Of a stretch of 64,000 nt of DNA, positions 1 to 12,819 are shown in pieces. Location of the stretch: positions 84,284 through 148,283 of the forward strand of contig MNCI01000456.1 of assembly GCA_015680685.1 (NCBI GenBank). Reading direction: 5' to 3'. The stretch's first letter is position 1, and each line of letters opens with the position of its first letter. Source of the DNA: Gnetum montanum. Taxonomy: Eukaryota > Plantae > Gnetophyta. The notes under the pieces are model-generated. The model did no database searches and had not been told where the DNA came from. It saw nothing but the letters and a program-made list of their open reading frames with translations. The translations under genes were made by a program, and so were the position numbers.

Positions 1-3000
1 ATAAGTCAAGATCTATCCCAACTCTTCAAGCCTTGGGTGAAACATGTTTTTCCCACCATACAGGCTCAAAATACATCATAGGACATTGGTGAGTTTTTGT
101 CTATTACCACTAAAGAACTTAGTGGTAGAAGTTGTGCTTTCCATAATAGCATGGGGATGAAGGCCTAGGTTGAGAATAGGAATTTTGAAAAGGCCAAGAA
201 ATTATGTGTTGAAGTTGAAGGTGCAACTTGAGAAAAATTGAAGAGGCCTATGATTGAGGAAGTAGCACTAGTGATTGAATAACCTTTCNGTATAACTAAT
301 CAAAGCCAAATCTATTACCATACCAATAAAACCATTTAAACACTTAAAATCTAGACAACCTCTGACTATGAAACCATGAAAACGTTGACATAGCATCAAA
401 ATAAAATGTAACAAAAGAACAAAAAGAAAACTAGTTCTTACTTATCTTGCTAGATGAAGGTAGTTTGGGGACACTAAGGGGGATACACATATCTATATTG
501 AAATTAGGGACACCCCACCAACTATGGACTATCCCATTCACCAAGCACCTATAGTAGGCTTTGGTATAGAACATGGTATACCTGGCAAAGTCAATGTTGA
601 GTTGCTCCATCATAATAAGCCTTAACACTTGGCCTTTTCTAAATACATCAAACACTTTTTGGGCTAAAGGTAGGGTTGGTCACTCTTAATCAACCCATGG
701 TCATCAACCTTGTACTTGCAAGTGTAACAAAATTAAAACAAAAACATTTAAAAACCAAAATAACCTTAGAGAACCCAAAGTAAACTAAAAACAACTTAAT
801 TTTACACTGACCCCTCCAAATGGTATATGGTGCCAAGAAGAACTTAGGAATGTCCCAAATCTTGGAAAATTTACAAGTTCTCCTAGTATACTTGTTATCA
901 TGTTGCTCACCCTCAACATGGGTATCAAGATCATCAACAATGAACTTGATGATCATATGTGTAGAATTGGGTTGTAGGGTCTCCACAATTACTGACATTG
1001 TCTCTAAAGCCAAGTGTGATCACACCATCACACTAAAGTTTTAGAGCAGGTAGGCTAAGAATTCCCTAGCCCTTGACCAAAACCATAAGGATCCATACTC
1101 TAGGACCATGTTTTTAGGTGGGGTGTTGGACCCTAGTATGTGGATATAGTAGAGGAGCCCCACCAGCATTAATTTCAGGAAGGCCAAGCACACAACAACA
1201 ACAACCGTTAAAACCCTAAATGACCATAATAAAAAATGAACTATTATAGAACCAAAATTATTACAACCTTAATGTCAACATTCTCACTTAAGCCAAATCA
1301 TAATTTTCAAAACTTAAAACCAAAACAAGATGATAACCAAAATTATAATTATTTTGCACATAGAAACCAATAGAAAAGAACCAAGTACTCAACCAACAAC
1401 CAATAGTAGNCCAATAGAAAAGAACCAAGTACTCAACCAACAACCAATAGTAGTTCCATGGTGAAATATGCATAAAAAATTATAAAATTTTTTATGTAAA
1501 AACATTAAAGCCATGAAAACTAGCTTGTACCTATCGCAATAGTAACAAAAGTCCAAATTAAATTTTGCAAAATTTCTACTAGAAATCCTTGTTAATAGTA
1601 AAATTAGATGTAGTAAAAACTCTAGCAGGATAGTTAAAATTTTGGAAAATTCAAGTGACTATTAAAAACTAAAATACAATGTGTAAATAATGTTAGGAAC
1701 CTTTGAACATAGCCAAAAGAATGCAAGAACCACAACAATGATGCTTGTACAGCCAAAGAGGTTTGTAGTTTTAACAATCAGAATTGCAACTATACAAAGT
1801 AGTTTGCACATAAATAAATATGAAAATTTAAAACTAAATTTTCTTAAGTCTAGGAACTATGTACACATAAAAAATCAACAAAATTCAACATCTAAATTAT
1901 AGTCCGAAGCATAGAAAAAATTTTAACATCAATCCAAAACCATAACAAATTGTAACTAAAATTTACACAAANCATAGTTTTTTAACCAAAAAATAAAAAG
2001 CTAAAAATATACAACTCAAAAAACCAAAAATGCTTAGCCATTTTTGCACAAAAGGTTGGAAAAATCAGAAAAAAATAGTAGAAACTCAAAAAATCCTTGT
2101 GAGATGGCTTACGGAAAAATTCATAACAAATTAACAGTAAGTCAAAATTCAGTGGTTCAAAAACTAGTTTGACCAAAAAATAGTAAAGAAACAACCCCAT
2201 GGCTGCAAAAACTGAAAAATCCTAACCGTTTTCATCCAAAAAATACAAAATCATAATCATTTTCATACAAAAAAAATACCAAAGTGTCATTGCTTTTTGG
2301 TGGGAAAAGCACAAAAAATGCATAAAAAAGGTTGGAATAAAATTTATAACTTGGCATAGATCAATCCCACAACCAAAGCAACATCAAAACCCCATAAGCA
2401 TGGCCTAGATCTAACATAGGAAATTTACAAAATTCAATTTTAATCAACAAACAGGAAAAAACACATAGGATTTTGGTGAAATTTCAAATAAAATGGACAA
2501 GAATAGTGTACCTAGGAGTTATGGAAGATGTTTCTTAACTAATTAGAGGTCATGGTAGATTGGATAGCCCTCTTTCAGCTACATCAACCTCCTCCAAGGC
2601 TAGATTCTTACTTGTTGAAGTCTTCCTCTTTGACATTTTGAATGAACAAGGCAAGAAACACCAAAATCTTCAAGCTTTAGAAGGTTCTTTGGCAACTACG
2701 CTCACTCCTTGGTGTAAAATGGTTGGACTATATTGGGGATGAATGCAATTGAAGTAAGAATAGGATCAAAGCTCTCATGCTAGATGCTGAAGATTGAGGT
2801 TGGTGTAATGAATTTGATTTATGTAAAATTGTAATGTGGGAATCAACCCCAAACTTACGTGTTAACCACCATAACTTTGGTTTTTTAAAAACATTCATAC
2901 AAGTTCCACATAACTCTATGATGATAATTAGAAAGTATGACTACATTGGATTGGTAGAAAAGTAATTCATTTAACAATTCAAGCTTGAGATAGGCCCCAC

Positions 3001-3269
3001 TAGGCTTCTCTCTAACAAGCTAATAAAAAACCCTAATACACTTGGATTTTGGCTTCTCCATCATAACTACGCTAGGGTTTAAACCCTTAAAGGTATTGAA
3101 ATGGATTCTAAACTCCAAACACTACTAGAACCCACCTCCTAGGCACCCATCCATGTCATGTTTAAATCAAAAAACCTCACATCCAAAATTGGTAACCAAC
3201 TGTTGACATTGGAAGTCACTGTACACCAAGGAAAGCCAAAAATCACATCAAAATTATCTATTTTAGGTA

Positions 3270-5130
3270 ACTACACTAACCAGCAACCGAAATACACTGA
3301 CCAACATAGTCCTAAGATGAATGATGCCCTCCACCACTAACTAGACTCATGATTAACTTTAGAATGACCACACCATGCACCAAACCCTAACCAGAGCCTT
3401 TGGCAACTCTAAAACTTCACAAGACTAGTCAAAGGTAACAAAAATCATCTATCTTGCATGGACTACACTATGAATACTGCAACTATGTTAGCCAACATAG
3501 TCCCAATGTAGTTGAGAGAAACTTGACCACTCAGTACCCCAAGTGACCTTCAAACTAACATTTCTTAATCATCACATCCTTCTGGAGCCTCTGGTGACTT
3601 TCAAATGATAAACACTTGATCAAAGATAAGTTTAATCCTACTTAAACCTTGGCATTATGCTAAGAGCAATTCCAACTATGGTAGCTAGTGTAGTGCCAAT
3701 GTAGTTGGATAAAAAATGAAGATTGAAAGCCAGAATAACCTCTAGAATGACATACTATGAGCTCCAAAGTCTTTGGTAAGCCTACGAGGTAGAATAACCA
3801 AGTAAAAATGAAATAAATCCTACTCCCATATTTACACTATGTTGGGAATGGCTAGGAATACATTGGCTAGCATAGCCCCAATTTAGTTGGATGAGGGTGG
3901 ACCACTAAAAACCATGAACAACTTACAAATTGACATATCTTGGCCTTCACACTCTCTCGAAACCTCTAGTGACCCTATAATAGTAAAATGTGGAGAAAGA
4001 ACAAGTCAAATCCCATTCCCACCTTGGAAATATGCTAGAAATCACCCTAAATACACTAGCCAGTGTAGTCCTAGCATAGTTGATTGGGAATGGAATACCA
4101 AATGCCAAAGGTAACCTTCAAAGTATCACATCTTGGCCTTCACATCTTCCCTAGAATCTTGATGAGTTCAAACTGCCAAATAGTAGTACCAAAGTTATTT
4201 TGAACACACCTAAACCTTCAAACTATGCTAGATAAGCCTAGCACTACACTAGCTAGCATAGTCCTAGTGTAGTTCCTTTGTGAAAATTTCAAGGTAAGAC
4301 ATAAACAAGTTGAATCAACTTCTCAGTGCATCATCGCAACCTCATAACCATACCAGAAACTTCAGGTACTACTAAACGCTGTGAACTAAGTCAAAAATCA
4401 CCAAAACTCATCTTGCATCCATCAACTACACTGGCTAGCATATTCCAAGGATTTGTGGTCCATTCAAAATCAAAATAACCATTAGAACTAAAAATTTCAA
4501 GTGTAAACCCTAGCCATAAACATGAGTGAGATAGCTAGCATATTCATGATTCTAGGTTGGTTTGATTAATACTGTGACACTCCAAATAGTTCAAAACCTA
4601 ACTTGAAAATCCATAATCTTGTTTGACCTTACCTAGCTACAATTTCAACTCATTTTAACCTTGGAAATGGAAAATTTCCTTCATCTACACTGAGGATAGG
4701 CTCAACTACGTTGACTAGCATAGTCCAGTGGTAGATGGCTTCAAAAATAACTTCTAGTAGCCTATTTTGACTTCCAAATGGTCAATTCATCCCTCCCAAG
4801 ACTTTGCACTTCTCTAGGAAGCTAATGGAACACTAGTTTCAACTCTAACACCCCACAAACCCACTTTTCCCATCTATCTATGCTAGGACTACACTAGGAA
4901 ACATAGTCACAATGTATTCATCAATTTTTGGCATCATTTGTAGCTTCTAGAGGGTCAAAACGATGCCAAAGTTTACCAATCTTTAACCCAATCCACTACA
5001 CTAGCCATATGGACCATCAACAACTCAATATTGACCATGAAAAAATTGGAAAGCTATCTATTGACACTAACTACCTTGGGGCCTATTCCAAATATTCTAT
5101 CTAGTTTAGTCATAGCTAGGCTCAATGTAG
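3270..5130. repeat. Degenerate tandem array, ~190 bp period, core motif like ACTACRCTRGCYAGCRTAGTCC; probably retrotransposon-internal (Tat/Ogre-type)
   Basis: Motif variants recur near 3290, 3480, 3675, 3855, 4050, 4245, 4425, 4705 and 4885 (e.g. tacactagccagtgtagtcc, ctacactagctagcatagtcc, ctacactggctagcatattcc). Boundaries are approximate. Confidence 0.55.
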
Positions 5131-6077
5131 TCACAAGAGATGGTTTTATTTTTTCCTTCAAACAACCTTAAAATGACCTTACCATGTGTCCAAACGCACA
5201 TGTTAAACATGTAGACCTCTACTATGGCTTGCTAAGCCTAAAATTGGCAAAATATAATCTTGATTAACCAAGATTGACCATGTTTACCATATGTTTTCTA
5301 CCTTGATTAGTTTGGCCTTATTTAACTATGTTTTTGCTCGATTTGACCTTGCTATGTATTGTTAACCTTCATTGTTTGGCCCTGTGATGTTATTTGGCTT
5401 CATTTTTGGTCATTGGAGCATCACTTAGCCCCATTCTACCAAATTCTCATATCATTTGGCACCATTTAACCTTAATTGATATGATTTGATGTTATTCTAT
5501 GTTGTTTCACCTTATTATGACCTTGATTAACCTTGTTTTGTGTCATTTGATAAGGTTTGATCATCATCTAATCATCATTTAGCTCCATTTAACCCCACTT
5601 GATCATCATTTGGATATCATTTAGCCTTTATTTCATATTAGTTATCCATTTTTTTACCTTATTTAGTTGCCCTTCTCTTTTGCAACCCTTATTGACCACG
5701 TTCTAGCCTTGTTTGACATCATTTCATGAGGCTCAACTATCACTTGGTCATCATTTGACCATAGCTGACCATCATTTGGCCCNAGCCTAGCTATGACTAA
5801 ACTAGATAGAATATTTGGAATAGGCCCCAAGGTAGTTAGTGTCAATAGATAGCTTTCCAATTTTTTCATGGTCAATATTGAGTTGTTGATGGTCCATATG
5901 GCTAGTGTAGTGGATTGGGTTAAAGATTGGTAAACTTTGGCATCGTTTTGACCCTCTAGAAGCTACAAATGATGCCAAAAATTGATGAATACATTGTGAC
6001 TATGTTTCCTAGTGTAGTCCTAGCATAGATAGATGGGAAAAGTGGGTTTGTGGGGTGTTAGAGTTGAAACTAGTGTT
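4829..6077. repeat. 294-bp perfect inverted duplication (4829-5122 vs 5784-6077); likely assembly artefact
   Basis: 5784-6077 is the reverse complement of 4829-5122 and is bounded exactly by single Ns at 5783 and 6078. Confidence 0.85.
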
Positions 6078-6329
6078 NGCTGCCTAGATACCACTTAATG
6101 TTCTTATGGTTGATATGCAGGATTAGACTATGGACACCTAGGATCAAATTAGTTTTCCTTTGAGCCTAAGTGAACCTCATGGTGATGTTAAGAATTCATT
6201 GATCTTCATTATGTAGATCTTGAGCTTGAAATTCTTGTTGACAACATAGCCTTTATAGAAAAACCTCTAAAATGGCTTGAAAACCTAATCAAAACCCTTG
6301 ACCTTGAGACTAGTAACATCACTGGAGAC

Positions 6330-9184
6330 TTTCTAGTTGAGGTTCCTGCTACAACACATAGTGGTGAGGAGAGAACACTAAAACTAAGCTCCTCACTAGA
6401 ACCTCAACAAGTCCAATACATCACTAAGGCCCTCCAAGACAATATTAAAGCTTCTTCCTAGTCATATGAAGATATGCCAAGTCTTGACCCATGCCTAGTA
6501 CAACATAACATCATACTCGATCCTAGTATCAAATCAATTAAGTAAAAGTTTATAAGATTAGACCGGACTTAGCCATAGTAGAACATCTTAATGACTATGT
6601 AGAAGATATAGCTATTAAGTTTGAAGTGACCAATAGTCATGCACATGATCTTAACCTTGTGCTTAAATAATGTCTCAAGTATGAGCTTAGGCTTAACCCC
6701 AAGAAGTGTGTCTTTGGCATTAAAACCAACAAGATTCTTGGCTTTTCAGTATTTGAAGTTGGAATATGTGTCAATCCTAACAAGGTTAATGCCATATCCA
6801 ATTTGGTAGTGCCAACTAACCTTAAGGAGCTTCAGGAACTACAAGGAAGATTACAATTTATTCGTAGGTTCATCACTAAGATTACGGATAAGTTACAGCC
6901 AATGCAACACTTTCTTAAGAAAGGAGTTCACTATGAGTGGATAGCTCAATTCCAAGAAGCCTTTGAAAACCTTAATCAAGATTTGGAAAAACTACCCATA
7001 GTCTATTCAACTGCAAAAGGATAAACCTTTTTACATCTACCTTGCTATCTTGAACACGTCCATTGTCTCTCTACTCTGTTAGAAATAGGACGATGGAGCA
7101 AAGCTACCTATATAATACCTAAGCCATGCATTAGTTACCCATGAAACCTAATACACTAAAGTGAAGAAGTATTTTCTAGCACTAGTGTTCTCATTAAAAA
7201 AATGGAGACACTACCTCTTTAGGAGCCAAGTTAACATCATTTTCAAGGACAACATACTTAGAGCCATCATGACTAATATTTATGAGAGTAGCCGTATAGC
7301 CCATTGGAAAGCCATAAGAGCTAAATTTGACCTACATTACATCTTCCAAGCCTTAACAAAAGGCCAAGCAATAATTGTACAACTCACTATTTCACCAATA
7401 GAAGACCATGTAGCCATAGATCCTAGATTCCCTAATGAGCATGTCAACATGTACCTAAGGGATATGAGGCAATTATGCACTTTGACAGAGCTTCAACCAT
7501 CCATGGGCCTGGTTCTACTACCATCATAACATTCCCATCTAATGAAATTCAATCCTTCTTTTACCATTTCAAATTTCCATGTACTAAAAATGTGGCAAAG
7601 TATGAAGGATTGATCAGGGGGATGATGGTGATAGATAAATTAGATGTCTAATGATTAAAGGGGATTCACAACTTGTGGTTAACCAAGTAATTGAGGTTTA
7701 TGTATGTAAATCCAAACATTTTCAAACTGATTATGACTTAGGAAAGAAACTAATATAGCAATTTATAAACATTAGTATCCAACACATATCCCGAACCAAG
7801 AACATGCTAGCTAATATCATTATGACCTTATCCTTAAGTGTGATGCTTGAATTCTTTTAGTAAGTTACCTGCCTTGACCATGAACTATGTTATTCCCATC
7901 ATTCAAAACACTAAAGGTGACTTTATAGCCTCTATCAACAATGCTCCTCAAAAGGAGTGGTACGATGATATCAAGTTTTACCTAATGCATGGTGAATCTT
8001 CACAAGGCCTGAGAACTTCTCAAAAGGATGTCATACATAAAAGATCAAAATATTATGTCATTGTAGGCAATAAAAAATTATGTCAACAATCATATGATGG
8101 CATGTTTTTAGTATGCTTAGGCAAAATCAAAGCCTGCATAATCCTTAAGCAAGTTCATGAGGGTGTATGTGGAAGACATATAAGACCTAGAGCCATGGCT
8201 ACTAAGATTAGACAACTAGGATATTATAAGCCCTATATGGAAAGCAACTATTTTTAAAAGGTTAAAACTTGTGATACTTGTTAATGGCATAACAACCTAA
8301 TACATGTGTCACCAACTAAGTTACATACTACTCAAATAACTTGGCCATTTCAATGGTGGGGATTAGACCTATAATGCCTAAATCTTCGATAGGACATAGC
8401 AACAAAATACTTCAAAAAGTGGGTTAAATCTAGTCCCTTAAAGAAGATAATGTCTCAACAAGCTTGTATATTTATATTGGACAATATAGTAGCCCATTTT
8501 TGCATACTTGGCATACTTATGACCATAGTCACTAATAATAAACCATACTTTAGTAGCTAAAAAATGAAAGCCTCTTGTCAACACCTACGCATTAAGCATT
8601 CCTTTTCATCACCATACTATCCTTAAGCCAATGGACAAGCTAGATCTAGCAACAAACCTATTGTAAACTTGCTTTAAAAGATGCTAAACAATAGCAAATG
8701 CAAGTGGTATGAGTAGCTCATCCATGCACTCTGGGCCTATCAAACCACCTTTTGAACCACAACTAGAGTAACCTCATATAGCCTAGTTTATGATTCTGAA
8801 GTTGTTTTGCCTCTTGAATTGTAGGTTCCATCACTAAGAGTAGCCCTATTAGGCTTCATCAATGATGAATAGAACAAGGAGTTACATCCCATGGACTTAG
8901 CCTTAGTGGAAGAGCGATAGGTACAAATGCTTTCTCATAATAAGTGATACCAAGAGAAGTAGAAATAATAGCATTACCATGACCTAAATAAACAAAAGAT
9001 TAAGAAGGGAAACCTAGTCTGCAAGGCTATCTATGAGCATGAGGACAAGTTCTCATCCAATTGGAAAGGACCTTTTTTTATCACTAATGCCTATGGTAAT
9101 GGAGCCTTCAGGGTGGTAGACATGGATGGGAATGAGTTGGCCAATCTAGTCAGTCATTCCTATCTAATATATTATTACATCTAA
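6330..9184 (+). pseudogene. Decayed Ty3/Gypsy Tat/Ogre-type pol: partial RT, RNase H, additional archaeal-type RNase H, integrase
   Basis: SYEDMPSLDP (~6460); LRLNPKKCVFG; LKELQELQGRLQFIRRFI; aRH MHFDRAS...FPCTKNVAKYEGLI...GDSQLVVNQV (7475-7700); IN HHCC region VHEGVCGRH...GYY; WPFQWWGLD; YYP*ANGQA; ALWAYQTT; NWKGPF. Many stops and frameshifts, and much of RT is deleted. Confidence 0.9.
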
Positions 9185-9699
9185 TGTGTTTTCTTGGAAG
9201 GTACTAACATTGAAATCCATGACCATAGTGAGCAATAACAAGCAAGCAAACATTCTTTTCTCTATCTGTTTTGGCATACTAAGTTGACTATAAAACTTTG
9301 TCACAATAAGGACCTATGGTAACCTAGTTTTATCATTTTCTCATATAACCATATGCATTGTATTGTGACAACATTTTTACTTTGTCTTATTTCATTATTC
9401 CCTTTGAGATTTGCCTACAAGATGAAGCCTAAATTCATTGCAAAGATTTAACTCATTACAACATCAAGTTATAACATGACCTTGATGTGTAACATTTCTT
9501 TAGCTTTTCATGTTATGCCATGAGTGCTTACTCCACTTTACTCCCATTATTTCCCTTTGAGCCACCATCCCATAGCCTAATTGTAACCTTCCTTATACTG
9601 AACAACAATGTTGACCTATGCTTAACACTATGTATTGTCGCTATTTGACATCTCCTTGTATTGACCTTTTGGTATGTCAAAACCTTAAGGAAAATGGAC

Positions 9700-10905
9700 A
9701 AAAAAAAATTGTGTGGTTGTTGTATTTATAGCATAAGAAAATGGACAATGACTTAAGGAAGCATTGACAAGGGCTGAAGGAAGCTTGGACAATAACTCAA
9801 GGAAGCATGGATATCATGGACAAGGACTTCATAAGAAAATTAGGAGCAAGGGCAAGATTGAGAGGAAGCTAAATGTGTCTATTTGTGTTTATTTTTATTG
9901 AGGATGATTCTTGGATGTTTTGGAATATTTTAAAGTGTTTTTGGCTCATTTTTATGATTCTAGGAGGTTATAGATTCTATGGGGACTTGTTTGGAGGCAT
10001 CTAAAGACTCCCAACATCAAAAAGAGCATTTTTATTTTTGGGCCTTGCAAAAGAGACATCTCCCCTAAAGAGTAGACGTCTTCCCAAAATAGGAGATGTC
10101 TCCTTTTGAAATAAGATGTCTCACTTTTAGAATATATGTCTTCCTAGATTTGAAGTCAATTTCAAAGAGATGTCCTAATCTCAAAGAAGATGTATCCCCT
10201 AGTCATTAGATAGTCATTGCACAAATTTCAAGGTATTTTCAAAAACTCTAATGCTATAAGAAGACTTCATTCTCTTGGGAAAGATGCAAGAATTATTTAT
10301 ATTCAAGCTTCTAATTGTCTATTCTCTGAAATTATAATGTGCTCTTCATTGAATTATCATTTTCTTGTAGTATTGCTTGTTGTATTGAAGTGAGCTTCAA
10401 CTACAAGGAATCTATAAATTAGTTACATTCCTTTCTTGTGATTTTGTTTCTCTTTTTGTTGTCCCACTGAGGTTGATATGCTTCTTGTGAGAAGGCATTA
10501 TCATTAAGCTTGTTGAGATCCCATTGGGATAGAGTGGTTGGTGCAATGTCACAACACTTTAGAGTGGAGCTCAATTTGTAAAGGTTGTGGGATCCTTAAA
10601 ACTACAATCTAAGCTTGTCAGGACTTAGCTAGGTTGAGTGGAGTCACAGTGACAAATCACTCCGAAATAGAGCTTAGAGCTTGTATAGGGTGTGGTACCT
10701 TCAAACTACATTTTGGGAGAAACAAATTCCAGAGGTATGCAAGCAATCTACCCTCTGAGTATGGAGTATCCAAGTTGGGAAACCACATAAATTTGATGTG
10801 TGCTTTGTATTGACAAATTTTCAATTTGGAAAACTTGTTCATCCCTTCCCCACATCCCCTCCTATCCCACACCCCCCCCCGCTCTAAGTTCTATGATCCT
10901 CACCT
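9700..10905 (+). mobile_element. Probable LTR fragment or solo LTR (architecture like Copia SIRE LTRs)
   Basis: Cluster of palindromic GAGAYRTCTYC motifs (10050-10200), a TATA-like ctataag at 10254, and a C-rich end cccacacccccccccccgctctaag near 10870. No partner LTR or TSD found; boundaries approximate. Confidence 0.35.
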
Positions 10906-11199
10906 TCGTCATGCTTTGCCAAGTCCATTGAATGTAACACATCTCATTCAATAAGAAAACCAAACCAAACCTAGCCCTGGCAATGAAATCCAAGGAAGGT
11001 TTACCCAACAAAAAGAAAAAGGAGAAAGAAAATTGCCAAGAAGATGAAAGGTTGATGAAGACCAAAAGATAAACAAATGGCTCCAAACAAGCAAAGGGAG
11101 GAGCCTAACAACCAAAGAAACATTGGAGGAAAGTATCTATCCCTCAAGAACATTACCGAGTGGGAAACACTTCAAAACATGAAGCATGAAGATGACATC

Positions 11200-12776
11200 A
11201 ATTAGCCAAGTATCATTTCCATAACTATAGCCATCATGTCAACATTTAAACTCATTTTTAGCCCTCATGACCATTTTTATTGTAAGAAAATACACCCTTT
11301 ATCCTATATCATATCATCATAATCTTATCTCATCAACATGAGAACTCTTTCACATGGTTCAACACTATTGAATCAAGCATAAAAAGGAAAAATTGGTGAT
11401 GAACCCATGATGGTGTTTTGTGTTCTTTATCGATATCTCTCAAGGAAATCCTCAAAACATCAACAAAGAGGGGCCAATGAAACACTACCAAGAAAACACA
11501 TGTTATAACTTGTAAACCTTCACCACGCAACTTGAGGCAACATTTTATTGTAAATGTAAGGTTTGTGATCCATGAGCTAAAATCTTTGATACTTTAACTT
11601 TTTAGAGCTAAAGAATGCCTCATAAGTTGCTACTGCCTCATTTCCCAAGTTAAAAAAATAAAATCATGTCTATATTTGGGCTTGGAAAAGCTCAAAATGC
11701 CTTGGGAACTACCAAATTTAGCATTTTCCTAGGTTTTATGGTAGTTATGCCCTTGACTATGCTAGAGATGCACACGCCCATCATTAGAATTGTTGGATTT
11801 TCCATTTTCCTAGCAATGGCCAATGCAATCATCACAATTTCTAGTAGCTACAACATGGCTAGCGTAGTCATCAAAAATTCTTAGCAATCTTCACATGGCT
11901 AGTGTATTCACCATATTTCCTAGTATATTTCAACAATGCTAATGTAGCTCTCCAAGACCAGCATAGTTGAGGTAAAGCTAGCATACTAACAAAAGTTCAT
12001 TTACCATTTTTAGTATATGGTATGGTTTTGCTAGCCTTCGAATGTTAAATTTTTTTACAAATGGACAACTATGTTGGGAATAATGGCATGTTACACTTGC
12101 AAACAACACTAATCCATCAGCAATCATGGTAGAAATTTGTCACCTAAAATTAGTGATCTTGAAGCCTATAAAAGCCAAACTTGAATACCTTATTTAGGCT
12201 TGAATATTTTTGCAACCTAGAAACTTAATAACCTTTTTCAACCTCAATCATTCTTGAACCAATTTGGCATTTGTGAGACTTTAGGAGCCAATTGGTATCT
12301 GCTTGAGCATTAGAGACTCTCAACATAGTACCATTGCAAAAAGAGTCAAGAATCACTATTTGCACCACTGGTAACCAAAGTTGCAGATTCAAGTGAGAAC
12401 TAGTAGGGACTTCTTAGTGATTGAAGTAGGAAAGTAGTTGGATCATGGAGTTTGATTACATAACATAAACTGCTAACTCCAACAGGCTTCAAGCTCCATC
12501 CAAGTAAACTTCTTGTGCATTTGAGTACATAATTTGTACTCCTTGAACTTTATACTTTAAGCATCGTATTCTTTTAATAAAGTTTATAGTTCATTTGCTA
12601 TGTAGAATTTATTTCAAGTTTTAATTTTTGGGTTTATTTTTTTCATTTGAATCTACAATTTCATTTTTCTATGTTTACATTATTCAAGTCCCTGGATGAT
12701 CAGCTAGATAGTCCAAGGAACCTTAGATCCTCCTTCTCAAAGGCCCTTGGGATTCAAGGTCAAAATTGTTTCTACA
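11200..12776 (+). mobile_element. Probable Tat-type LTR fragment
   Basis: Shares the GCTAGYGTAKTC motif of the 3.3-5.1 kb array (11855-11960), has TATAAAAG at ~12167, and ends in ...tttctaCA at 12776, right where env-like coding homology begins. Left boundary uncertain. Confidence 0.35.
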
Positions 12777-12819
12777 CTTGGGATTTTTGGTCTTTTCCAT
12801 CAATCAAATTTTTTAGGTG

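Noticed and set aside
1367-1453. 43-bp tandem duplication
   Set aside because: The two exact copies are separated by a single N (1410): unmerged contig overlap.
4829-6078. Perfect 294-bp inverted repeat as a hairpin/siRNA locus or TIR element
   Set aside because: The second arm is bounded exactly by single Ns and is identical to the first in otherwise very decayed DNA. This is the pattern of a mis-placed, inverted contig. Long reads would settle it.
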